Below are positions 18,041 to 26,353 of a DNA stretch of 64,000 nucleotides, in pieces. The first letter of the stretch is position 1; each line of letters begins with the position of its first letter. The position numbers were made by a program, and so were the translations under genes. The stretch is from Candidatus Nealsonbacteria bacterium (GTDB lineage: Bacteria; Patescibacteriota; Minisyncoccia; Minisyncoccales; RBG-13-42-11). The notes beneath the pieces were generated by a model that was not told the DNA's origin, did no database searches, and saw only the letters and a program-made list of their open reading frames with translations. The stretch covers positions 137,316 through 201,315 of the forward strand of contig JAPLXL010000005.1 of assembly GCA_026396115.1 (NCBI GenBank). Direction: 5' to 3'.

Positions 18041-19693
18041 ATGTATAAACCAATTATCGGCCTGGAAACCCACGTAGAATTAAATACAAAAACAAAGATG
18101 TTTTGTTCTTGTCCGAACGATCCTGATGAAAAAAGGCCTAATGTTAATATCTGTCCGACATGTACTGCGCAACCGGGGACGCTTCCTGTGATAAACGAAG
18201 AGGCAGTAAAAAAGGTAATAAAAACCGGTTTAGCTTTAAATTCTCAAATTCCCGAATACTCCAAATTTGACAGAAAGAATTATTTTTATCCCGATTTACC
18301 AAAAGGTTATCAGATTTCTCAATTGTATCAGCCTCTCTGCAAGGAGGGATTTTTGGAAATTGATGGAAGAAAAATTAGGATAAGAGAGGTTCATTTAGAA
18401 GAAGACACTGGCAGATTAGTTCACCCCGAAGGTGCAGACTATTCTTTGGTTGATTTTAATCGCGCCGGGATTCCTTTAATGGAATTGGTTACCGAGCCCG
18501 ACATTACTTCAGCCAAAGAAGCAAGAAAGTTCGCTGAAACCCTGCATTTAATTTTGCACTATCTTGATGTTTCCGATGCCGATATGGAAAAAGGCCAAAT
18601 GCGAGTGGAGGTTAATATTTCTCTTACCGAACTTTCGCGCAGCGAAAGCGAAGGTGAAGAAGAGGATTTATCCTCTTCGTCCACCGAGCTTCCGTTTACG
18701 GAAGCGAAGGTGAAGAAGAGTACGAAGAAAAGTTTTTCTTCTTTCGTCTCGTCTTCGACTCGACGAACGAAGTTCTCTTCGCCCAGCAAAAATGAAAAAT
18801 TGGGCACAAAAGTTGAAATTAAAAATTTAAATTCTTTTCGGACAGTAGAGCGAGGGATTGATTACGAAATTAAGCGGCAGACGGAATTGCTGGAATCCGG
18901 CAAAAAGATTGTTCAGGAAACGCGCGGCTGGGACGATGTTAAAGGAATAACCGTCAGTCAAAGAGAAAAAGAAGAAGCTCATGATTATAGATATTTTCCC
19001 GAGCCGGATTTGCCGCCGCTTCATTTTTCAAAAGAATTTGTTCAAAAAATTAAATCTGAAATTCCGGAGCTTCCCACCCAAAGAAGGGAGCGCCTTAAAA
19101 AAGAATATGGTTTATTGGACAAAGAGGCTGAAATTTTTGTTTATCATAAAAATTTAGGAGAATATTTTGAAAAAGTAGTATCCGAACTGCCGCCCAATCT
19201 GTCACAGGAAAAACTTTCAAAACTAATTAAACTCACCTCTAATTATTTAATTTCCGACTTGCAGGGATTATTAAAAGGACAATCGGTTACCGAGCGAAGC
19301 GAGGTGAAGAAGAGGGCAAAGCCCTCCTCGCCTGACGCCAAGAACTTTTTAATTACTCCGGAAAATTTCGCTGAATTCATCACCTTAATCTACGATGGAA
19401 AAATTTCCAGTAAGATTGCCAAAATGGTGCTCTTGGAAATGTTTAAAATCGGAGCCGACCCTTCAAATATTATTGAAGAAAAGGGATTAACTCAGATTAC
19501 CGACAAAACCGAGATTGAAAAAATTATTGAAGAGGTGATTAATAATAATCCAAAACCGGTAGAGGATTACAAATCAGGAAAAGAAACCGCTTTCCAATTT
19601 TTAGTTGGCCAAATAATGGCAAAATCAAAAGGAAAAGCCAATCCTCAAATCGTAAATAGACTCTTAAAGGAAATCTTGACAAAAACAAAATAA
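18041..19693 (+). CDS. gatB: Asp/Glu-tRNA amidotransferase subunit B, with two in-frame mini-element insertions (one ~55 aa composite)
   Basis: GLETHVELNTKTKMFCSC N-terminus and C-terminal YqeY-like domain; the inserted low-complexity segments ([32 protein letters not shown]...; TERSEVKKRAKPSSPDAK) are repeat copies. Confidence 0.9.
   Translation: MYKPIIGLETHVELNTKTKMFCSCPNDPDEKRPNVNICPTCTAQPGTLPVINEEAVKKVIKTGLALNSQIPEYSKFDRKNYFYPDLPKGYQISQLYQPLCKEGFLEIDGRKIRIREVHLEEDTGRLVHPEGADYSLVDFNRAGIPLMELVTEPDITSAKEARKFAETLHLILHYLDVSDADMEKGQMRVEVNISLTELSRSESEGEEEDLSSSSTELPFTEAKVKKSTKKSFSSFVSSSTRRTKFSSPSKNEKLGTKVEIKNLNSFRTVERGIDYEIKRQTELLESGKKIVQETRGWDDVKGITVSQREKEEAHDYRYFPEPDLPPLHFSKEFVQKIKSEIPELPTQRRERLKKEYGLLDKEAEIFVYHKNLGEYFEKVVSELPPNLSQEKLSKLIKLTSNYLISDLQGLLKGQSVTERSEVKKRAKPSSPDAKNFLITPENFAEFITLIYDGKISSKIAKMVLLEMFKIGADPSNIIEEKGLTQITDKTEIEKIIEEVINNNPKPVEDYKSGKETAFQFLVGQIMAKSKGKANPQIVNRLLKEILTKTK
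18625..18785. repeat. composite mini-element (about 3 units, ~160 bp), in-frame in gatB
   Basis: Contains accgaactttcgcgcagcgaaagcgaaggtgaagaagaggatttatcctcttcg, then accgagcttccgtttacggaagcgaaggtgaagaagag, then degenerate repeats. Confidence 0.7.
19287..19333. repeat. mini-element copy, in-frame in gatB (second site)
   Basis: taccgagcgaagcgaggtgaagaagagggcaaagccctcctcgcctg. Confidence 0.65.
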
Positions 19694-19774
19694 AATGATA
19701 TAGTTCTTTCTATAGTCAGTTCTTTTTATTTCTAAAATATTTTATATTAAGAAAAGAAAAAGGAGGAAGAAAAG

Positions 19775-20173
19775 ATGAAAAAAAGGGAGAGGAGAATAGA
19801 AATTCTGCCGCATCCAAACGATGCGTACGGATTTCTAGTTGTTTTTCCTTTTATCAAAAGGAAAAACGCCAAGGAAGAGGTAGAAGAAATTCGAAAAATG
19901 GTTATGGTGGATTTACTGGAGCGAAAGTATCTACCAAAACCGACCGAGGTTGAGAAACGAGATGGATTATATTGTTTTTTGGTCGCAGTTAAAGAATCGC
20001 GATCAGAGTTACTGGAAGATTTGAAACAGGCCTTGAATAGAGCTTTGGAAAGAAAAGTAAAAAAAGTTTACTGGGGCGAGATTTCCATCAAACAGGCTCA
20101 ACATCTGGCCCAAAAAGGGTTTGCCGTGTTATGCGATGGCGACAAAAAATTATCTATTCTTGAGAGAGAATAG
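19775..20173 (+). CDS. hypothetical protein with canonical AAGGAGG RBS and slightly elevated GC
   Basis: ORF only; no family recognised. Confidence 0.35.
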   Translation: MKKRERRIEILPHPNDAYGFLVVFPFIKRKNAKEEVEEIRKMVMVDLLERKYLPKPTEVEKRDGLYCFLVAVKESRSELLEDLKQALNRALERKVKKVYWGEISIKQAQHLAQKGFAVLCDGDKKLSILERE

Positions 20174-20185
20174 ATAATTAAAAAA

Positions 20186-20224
20186 GGAGGGAAGACTGAA
20201 TTCAGTTTCCCCTCCTTATTTTTT
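20186..20224. terminator. bidirectional intrinsic terminator between the convergent ORF 19775-20173 and miaB-miaA
   Basis: Long hairpin ggagggaagACTGAATTCAGTttcccctcc flanked by an A-run (5') and a T-run (3'). Confidence 0.5.
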
Positions 20225-22256
20225 CCAAAAACGCTTTTGTTAGTTTTTCAGCCTTCTTGTAATTTTTAAACCAATGAATGCGGTCATCTTTCTTAAACCA
20301 GGTTAATTGCCTTTTGGCGAAATGTTCAATTTCTTTTTGAAGGAGATTAATCATTTCGTCGTATTCCAATTTTTTTTGAAGATATTGCGCGATGAAACGA
20401 TATTCCAAGCCAAATTCTTCAAGTCGTTTCCAGAAAATTCCTGCTTTGCGGAGTTTTTTTACTTCCTCAATCATTCCTTCCCCTTTTAATCTTCTTAAAA
20501 GTCGTTTATTTATTAGTTTTTTCAATTCTTCTTTTTCTTTTTTAATTCCTAACATTAAAACAGGATAGGGAAGAGGATTTTTTTTGGAAACAGGCACCGG
20601 TTTTTTTGTTTTAATCACAATTTCCAAAGCCCTGATTAATCTTCTTCTGTTGTTCTTATCAATTGTTTTTGCCCTTTTTGGGTCAAGTTTTTTCAATCTA
20701 TTAAAAAGCTCATCCGTGCTTAGTTGTTCGAGATTCGATCTCAATCGCCAATCTGGTTTTACTTCGGGGATGACTATTCCGTCTAATACGGCTTGAATAT
20801 AAAATCCAGTTCCCCCGCACAAAATCGGAATTTTTCCTTTCTTAAAAATTTTATTTATTGTTTTAATTGCCAGCTTTTTGTATTGAACAACAGTAAATCT
20901 TCTTTTTGGACTGGCTACATCTAAAAGATAATGTGAGATATTCTGCATTTCTTTTTTGGTTATTTTGCCGGTACCGATATCCATTCCTTTATAAACTTGC
21001 CTTGAATCAGCTGAAATTACTTCTCCATTGAATTTTTTGGCTAATCTTACTGCTAATTCCGATTTTCCTGAGGCAGTGGGCCCTAGAATAACAATCAATT
21101 TTTTCAATGGACTAACTCCGGGTTTTATATCGTTGGGTTTTTCAGCATATTGTTGAATTATTTCTCTTAATATTTTTTCTCTTTTCTTTTTTTCTATTAA
21201 AGGGACACTGTCTTTCATTTTGAAAGCGGCGGTTCCCGAACGAGGGGAGTATTTGGAAATATAAGCCCAGTCAAATTTATTTTTTTTGAATAATTTTACC
21301 GTATTCCGGAACTGTTTTTTGGTTTCTCCGGGGAATCCGACAATTGCATCTGTTGAAAGTTTAACTGGCGTGATTTTGGCCCGTATTTTTTTGACCAGAT
21401 TTTTATATTCTTTTACAGAATAATTTCTGTTCATTTTTCTTAAAATTTTGTCATCCCCGGACTGGACAGGCAAATTTATATATTTTCCGAATTTTTTACA
21501 ATTAACTAAAGTATCAATCAGTTCATCGGAAAAATTACTGGGGTGAGGAGAGGTGAAAAGAATTTTAAAATCACCGGGAATATCATCAGTCATTTTTAAA
21601 AGTTTAGCAAAATTAATTTTGGGATTGGTAGGCGAAGAGGATATATCCTCTTCTTCACCCTTCGCTGCGGCTCGAGTAGGTGATTGATAATCATTAACAT
21701 TTTGGCCCAAAAGCCAAATCTCTTTGAAGCCATTTTTTACTGCGTTTTCTACTTCCTTTAAAATTTCTTTATGGTCGCGGCAAACTAGAGGTCCTCGCAC
21801 AAATGGAACAACACAATAAGAGCAGAAATTATTGCAGCCATTAGAAATAGGAACAAAAGCCATCGATTTTTCTCGGTATTTAGTCAAAGAGCTAAAATCC
21901 TTTTCTTTACCCTTCGTTGCGGCTCGGGTTGGTGAATACTTTAATAAATCTTTAAACTTTAAAATTTGATCAAATCCCTTAGCAAATTTTTGTCTATCTT
22001 TTTTTAAAATACAACCCGTGAGAATAGTTTTAAGTTTTGGTTTTTTGTTTTTAAGCGTTTTAAATTTGTGTAATAATCCATAAACCCTATCCACTGCCGA
22101 TTGTCTGACAGAACACATATTAACCAGAATCAAATCCGCCCCATCTTTTTTTGGGGCCTCTTTATAGCCCTTTCTTTCTAAAGCAACAGCAATCCGCTCA
22201 GAATCAGCTTTATTCATCTGGCAGCCGTATGTAATTATAAAATATTTACCCTGCAT
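20202..22256 (-). CDS. fusion protein: MiaB-like radical-SAM methylthiotransferase (N-terminal ~385 aa, TRAM domain absent) fused to tRNA dimethylallyltransferase MiaA (C-terminal ~300 aa); two mini-element insertions in the MiaB part
   Basis: N-terminus MQGKYFIITYGCQMNKADSE (UPF0004) and radical SAM CNNFCSYCVVP; C-terminus LIVILGPTASGKSELAVRLAKKFNGEVISADSRQVYKGMDIGTGK (MiaA P-loop). Inserts encode SPTRAATKGKEKDFSS and SPTRAAAKGEEEDISSSPT. Confidence 0.75.
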   Translation of the reverse strand: MQGKYFIITYGCQMNKADSERIAVALERKGYKEAPKKDGADLILVNMCSVRQSAVDRVYGLLHKFKTLKNKKPKLKTILTGCILKKDRQKFAKGFDQILKFKDLLKYSPTRAATKGKEKDFSSLTKYREKSMAFVPISNGCNNFCSYCVVPFVRGPLVCRDHKEILKEVENAVKNGFKEIWLLGQNVNDYQSPTRAAAKGEEEDISSSPTNPKINFAKLLKMTDDIPGDFKILFTSPHPSNFSDELIDTLVNCKKFGKYINLPVQSGDDKILRKMNRNYSVKEYKNLVKKIRAKITPVKLSTDAIVGFPGETKKQFRNTVKLFKKNKFDWAYISKYSPRSGTAAFKMKDSVPLIEKKKREKILREIIQQYAEKPNDIKPGVSPLKKLIVILGPTASGKSELAVRLAKKFNGEVISADSRQVYKGMDIGTGKITKKEMQNISHYLLDVASPKRRFTVVQYKKLAIKTINKIFKKGKIPILCGGTGFYIQAVLDGIVIPEVKPDWRLRSNLEQLSTDELFNRLKKLDPKRAKTIDKNNRRRLIRALEIVIKTKKPVPVSKKNPLPYPVLMLGIKKEKEELKKLINKRLLRRLKGEGMIEEVKKLRKAGIFWKRLEEFGLEYRFIAQYLQKKLEYDEMINLLQKEIEHFAKRQLTWFKKDDRIHWFKNYKKAEKLTKAFLEKIRRGN
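21631..21682. repeat. mini-element copy, in-frame in miaB-miaA
   Basis: ggcgaagaggatatatcctcttcttcacccttcgctgcggctcgagtaggtg. Confidence 0.75.
21903..21934. repeat. partial mini-element copy, in-frame in miaB-miaA
   Basis: ttctttacccttcgttgcggctcgggttggtg. Confidence 0.6.
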
Positions 22257-22400
22257 TTATTTACTCTTAAAGTTAAAAGTGCCTTAGGTTTTTTGAAGAA
22301 ATTTCAATTTATTTACCTAAAGCACTTTTTTGGTTCCCCTACTGAGGTTTTTTTCTTTTTTTGGTCTTTTAGATTTTTTCTTTCTCATTTTCTATCTCCT

Positions 22401-22742
22401 TTAATTAGTTTCTATTTTCCAGACATCTTCTGAATAGTTTTGTTTTATATCTTGAAGAAAAGACCTAAGGGCTCCCTCGTAGCACAATTCAATGTTTTTT
22501 AGATCAATCTCTTCTCTTTTTTTGGAATGTTTTTTGTCATTGCCATTGCCATATTTGTCTTCAAATATATCGAGCGGCGTCCTGAAACTGCTGAGCATTT
22601 TAATATACTTCTCTCGGATTTCTTTCCACCATTTAGAATACTCTTTGGGAGGAGAAGCCCGAGCGTTAAAGATCTCTGAATTAAATTTTTCTCCTTTGCA
22701 TGTCCATTTCGTCTTGAGCAGAATGTTCCATCTTATATCCAT
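22401..22742 (-). CDS. hypothetical protein
   Basis: ORF only. Confidence 0.3.
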   Translation of the reverse strand: MDIRWNILLKTKWTCKGEKFNSEIFNARASPPKEYSKWWKEIREKYIKMLSSFRTPLDIFEDKYGNGNDKKHSKKREEIDLKNIELCYEGALRSFLQDIKQNYSEDVWKIETN

Positions 22743-22816
22743 CTGATTTCACCTCCTTTTGTTCAGCAGACTTTTTTCCTCAGTAGAAGGTTTTTAAAAG
22801 AACTCAAATTTATTCA

Positions 22817-22869
22817 TTTACCGAGCTTCCGAAGGAAGCGAAGGTGAAGAAGAATAAATATTCTTCGCC
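22817..22869. repeat. mini-element copy (intergenic)
   Basis: ttaccgagcttccgaaggaagcgaaggtgaagaagaataaatattcttcgcct. Confidence 0.75.
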
Positions 22870-22897
22870 TGTTATATTATACTACCTTTAGTGTATT

Positions 22898-24526
22898 TTA
22901 ATGTATTTCCTCTTTTTTCTCCTTTAAGAAATATCTCCATTGTTCTAAAAATTCTATAAATATCTCAAAAGGCAAGTCCACCAAAGCGCTGAAAAAAACA
23001 GCTATGGCGTTATATTTTTTCCATTTATTTGACAGCCATTGGCCCAAACCAACAATCGGCAAAAATAAAATATCAAAAATAAAACTGAAAAATCCGGCTT
23101 TCTTTTCTTCAACCGTAAGCTCTTCTCCTCTGTTTCTGATTGCCAGTCCGGCAAAAGCAACTAAGGCCACAGATATAAGATTAATAACCATTGAGGTTGG
23201 TGGGAATTTGGCCCATTCAAAAATTGCCACTATAACTCCTATTGAAACTGAGGCTCCTATAAGATATAAAAGAGCGATAAAAAATTTAACCAAAGAACCT
23301 CTTTTTTTAGGAACTTTTATTTCGTAAATATCGGTTTTTTCTGTTTTATAGATAATTTTCATTGTTTCAAGCAATACTATTTCTAAATTACTTTTTGAGG
23401 GGGGCTTGATTGTTGCTACCAAAAGAAACATTAAAAAAGTTGATTCTAAAATATCTACAACTATGGTCAGGGGCGAAAAAGTCCTGCCAGTCATTTTAGC
23501 TAAGGGAATTTCTAAAACATAAAGAGCAGCAATATTGGTTAGAAAAATAGATAAAGTAGAGTAAACGGCTGCCCTGAAAAGGCGTTGTTTTAACGTAGAC
23601 GATCTTTTATTATAAGCTTTTTTAATTGATTCTTCTAAATCTTCCGGTTTGGAAATTTTCTCATAAATTTTTGCCGGGTTTTCTCCAGAGATTAAGATGT
23701 CTCCCAATAACAAATAAGGAGTATCATATCTTTCGCAGATTTTATAAAACTTGTCTTTTAAATGGTGGTTTAATTCTTTTTCTAAACTTTCCCAGATTGA
23801 AAAAATATTTTGAGCTATTTCGTGAAGTTTTGCGGTTGGGAGATCGGCCCACTGCCCTTCCCTCTTTTTCAAAAGATGATAAGTAATTATTGGTGAATCC
23901 AATTTAAAAAGAGCTCTTTGGACGGCAATATAAATTTGTCTGTTCTTTTCTTCTTCTGTCATTCCTCCAATTGAAATTACTCCTTGTTGTACTCTTATTT
24001 TATCTATCATTGATTCTGTCATGTAATCAATCAGATCTCTTTCTTTGTGAGAAGGAGAAAGAATTTCTTCGATTTCACAAGCAGTAATACTGAGCAGCCA
24101 ATTATAAAGTTGCATCTTCTGTTTTTCAGAACCCTTCGCTATCGCTCGGGAAGATGATGGGTTATTTTCTAAAATGTAAATATATTTGTTTAATATTTTT
24201 TCAACATCGCCAATTTTCGTTTCTTCTATGTTGTCGTTGGGAAAATGACCTCCTCTGATTAATTCCAAAATAAGGGGTTCTGAAATATTTTTTCCTTCTT
24301 TTGCCAAAAGAAATCTCCGTTTTAAAGTTCTGGCAATAGCCCCCCTTTTCATTAAATGTTCTTCTTGCCAATCAACAATTGCTCTTAATTTTTCGTAAAA
24401 TTCGGCAACTCTTGAAGCGACTTCATCAACGTGAATAAAGGACACATTTTCTTTCTTTTCAAGAGATTGGTACCAAGCTTGATATTTTTGAATTAATTTT
24501 TTAGTTGATTGAGAAATTTCCGGCAT
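22898..24526 (-). CDS. hypothetical protein with a soluble N-terminal half and a multi-TM C-terminal half; one mini-element copy inside
   Basis: Hydrophobic helices in the C-terminal ~230 aa; no recognised family. Confidence 0.4.
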   Translation of the reverse strand: MPEISQSTKKLIQKYQAWYQSLEKKENVSFIHVDEVASRVAEFYEKLRAIVDWQEEHLMKRGAIARTLKRRFLLAKEGKNISEPLILELIRGGHFPNDNIEETKIGDVEKILNKYIYILENNPSSSRAIAKGSEKQKMQLYNWLLSITACEIEEILSPSHKERDLIDYMTESMIDKIRVQQGVISIGGMTEEEKNRQIYIAVQRALFKLDSPIITYHLLKKREGQWADLPTAKLHEIAQNIFSIWESLEKELNHHLKDKFYKICERYDTPYLLLGDILISGENPAKIYEKISKPEDLEESIKKAYNKRSSTLKQRLFRAAVYSTLSIFLTNIAALYVLEIPLAKMTGRTFSPLTIVVDILESTFLMFLLVATIKPPSKSNLEIVLLETMKIIYKTEKTDIYEIKVPKKRGSLVKFFIALLYLIGASVSIGVIVAIFEWAKFPPTSMVINLISVALVAFAGLAIRNRGEELTVEEKKAGFFSFIFDILFLPIVGLGQWLSNKWKKYNAIAVFFSALVDLPFEIFIEFLEQWRYFLKEKKEEIH

Positions 24527-24529
24527 AGA

Positions 24530-26308
24530 TTATTTAATTTTAGCTAAAAATTTGTTTAATTTCATCAAACCAATATCTCCTTCTCCCCTTTTTCTTATTC
24601 TAACCGATTTTGTTTCTAATTCTTTATCTCCAACTACCAGTAAATAGGGGATTTTTTGAATTTCTCCTTCCCGGATTTTTCTTGAAACGGTTTCATTTTC
24701 ATCTTTTATAACATTGCGAATTTGCCCGAATTTACCACTAATTTCACTAATTTTTTTTGAAACCTCTCGAGCGTATTTTTCGTGTTTTGAACCCACCGGA
24801 ATAATCCAGATTTGTTCGGAAGAAAGCCAAAAGGGCAGAGCGCCGGAATAATATTCAAGTAAAACCCCAATAAATCTTTCCAGGGAGCCCAAAAGGGCGC
24901 GGTGAATCATGATTGATCTTTGTTTTTCTCCTTTTTTATTGATATAGTTGACATCAAATCTTTCTGGCAAATTAAAGTCAACTTGAATTGTGGTGCATTG
25001 CCATTCTCTTTCTAAAGCGTCTTTAATTTTTATATCAATTTTCGGACCGTAAAATGCGCCACCACCTCTATCAACTTCGTATTTCAAATTCAGTTTTTCT
25101 AAAGCGTATCTCAGAGAATTTTCGGCTTTTTTCCAAATTTTTGGATTCCCTACATATTTTTCAGGTTGAGTAGAAAGATAAACATTAAGTTCTTTGAAGC
25201 CAAATGTTTTCAATATTTTAAAAGTCAATTTAAGGGCTGAGACAAGTTCATCGGAAAGTTGTTCTGGAGTACAAAAGATATGAGCATCGTCTTGGCTTAT
25301 CTGTCTTACCCGGACCAAGCCGTGTAATGTTCCCGATTTTTCATAGCGATAGACCGTTCCCATTTCAGTATAACGCAGAGGCAGATTTTTATAACTTCTA
25401 ATTTTGGTTTTGTAAATAGCAATATGAAAAGGACAATTCATCGGCTTTATTTGATAATCATCTTTTTCTTCTTTGCCGATTTCTGCCATATGAATAGGAG
25501 GCATCATATTCTCTTTATAAAAATCAGTATGCCCCGAAACTTTCCAAAGATTTAATTTGGCTATATGAGGAGTATCTACCAATTGATAACCATTTTTCAA
25601 ATATTCATCTAAAGCGTAATCCATAATAATTTTCTTTAATAATGCTCCTTTGGGGTGCCACAAAATCAATCCCGGTCCGATATTTTCATCGATATGAAAT
25701 AAATCCAATTTTTGGCCTAAAATTCGGTGATCTCTTTTTTCGGCTTCAGCTTCTTTTGAAAAATGATTTTGCAATTCTTTTTTGGTTTGAAAAGCAATTC
25801 CGTAGATTCTGGTCAGCATCAAGTTTTTTTCGGAACCCCTCCAGTATGCTCCGGCAATTTTAGTTAATTTAAAAGCATCCGGATTAATTTCTTTTGTAGA
25901 TTTCAGATGAGGTCCCAAACATAAATCAATAAATTTTCCAGATTCATAAACAAATATGGGTTGCTTGGCTAAGCTAGGCGAAGAGAACTTCGTTCTCTTC
26001 TTCACCTTCGCTTCTTGCGGAAGCTCGGTGAGCAATTCTAATTTATAGGGTTGATTCTTGAATATCTTTTTAGCTTCGGATTTGGTAATAATTTTCTTTT
26101 TAAAGACAATATTCTGTCTTATGATTTCTTTCATTTTCTTTTCAATTTTTGGTAGATCTTCAGGCGCGACGCTTTTTGACAAATCAAAATCGTAGTAAAA
26201 CCCATTTTCAATTGCAGGCCCAATACCAAACTTGGTTCCGGGATATAATTCCTGGACCGCAGCAGCTAAAATATGGGCAAGGGAATGACGAATAGTTTCA
26301 ATTTTCAT
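24530..26308 (-). CDS. thrS: threonyl-tRNA synthetase (lacks the N-terminal TGS domain), with an in-frame mini-element insertion
   Basis: HSLAHILAAAV editing-domain zinc motif, class II catalytic core, C-terminal anticodon-binding domain; insert VKKRTKFSSPSLAKQ. Confidence 0.85.
   Translation of the reverse strand: MKIETIRHSLAHILAAAVQELYPGTKFGIGPAIENGFYYDFDLSKSVAPEDLPKIEKKMKEIIRQNIVFKKKIITKSEAKKIFKNQPYKLELLTELPQEAKVKKRTKFSSPSLAKQPIFVYESGKFIDLCLGPHLKSTKEINPDAFKLTKIAGAYWRGSEKNLMLTRIYGIAFQTKKELQNHFSKEAEAEKRDHRILGQKLDLFHIDENIGPGLILWHPKGALLKKIIMDYALDEYLKNGYQLVDTPHIAKLNLWKVSGHTDFYKENMMPPIHMAEIGKEEKDDYQIKPMNCPFHIAIYKTKIRSYKNLPLRYTEMGTVYRYEKSGTLHGLVRVRQISQDDAHIFCTPEQLSDELVSALKLTFKILKTFGFKELNVYLSTQPEKYVGNPKIWKKAENSLRYALEKLNLKYEVDRGGGAFYGPKIDIKIKDALEREWQCTTIQVDFNLPERFDVNYINKKGEKQRSIMIHRALLGSLERFIGVLLEYYSGALPFWLSSEQIWIIPVGSKHEKYAREVSKKISEISGKFGQIRNVIKDENETVSRKIREGEIQKIPYLLVVGDKELETKSVRIRKRGEGDIGLMKLNKFLAKIK
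25977..26031. repeat. mini-element copy, in-frame in thrS
   Basis: ggcgaagagaacttcgttctcttcttcaccttcgcttcttgcggaagctcggtga. Confidence 0.75.
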
Positions 26309-26353
26309 AAACCGAGTTTTTATTTATAAAAACGAAGGTGGAGAAGAGATACA

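Noticed and set aside
22257-22400. Imperfect inverted repeat aaagtgccttagg ... cctaaagcacttt upstream of miaB-miaA
   Set aside because: Single occurrence with a 35-nt loop. It could be a terminator of the downstream minus-strand gene or chance. Not enough to call a regulatory site.
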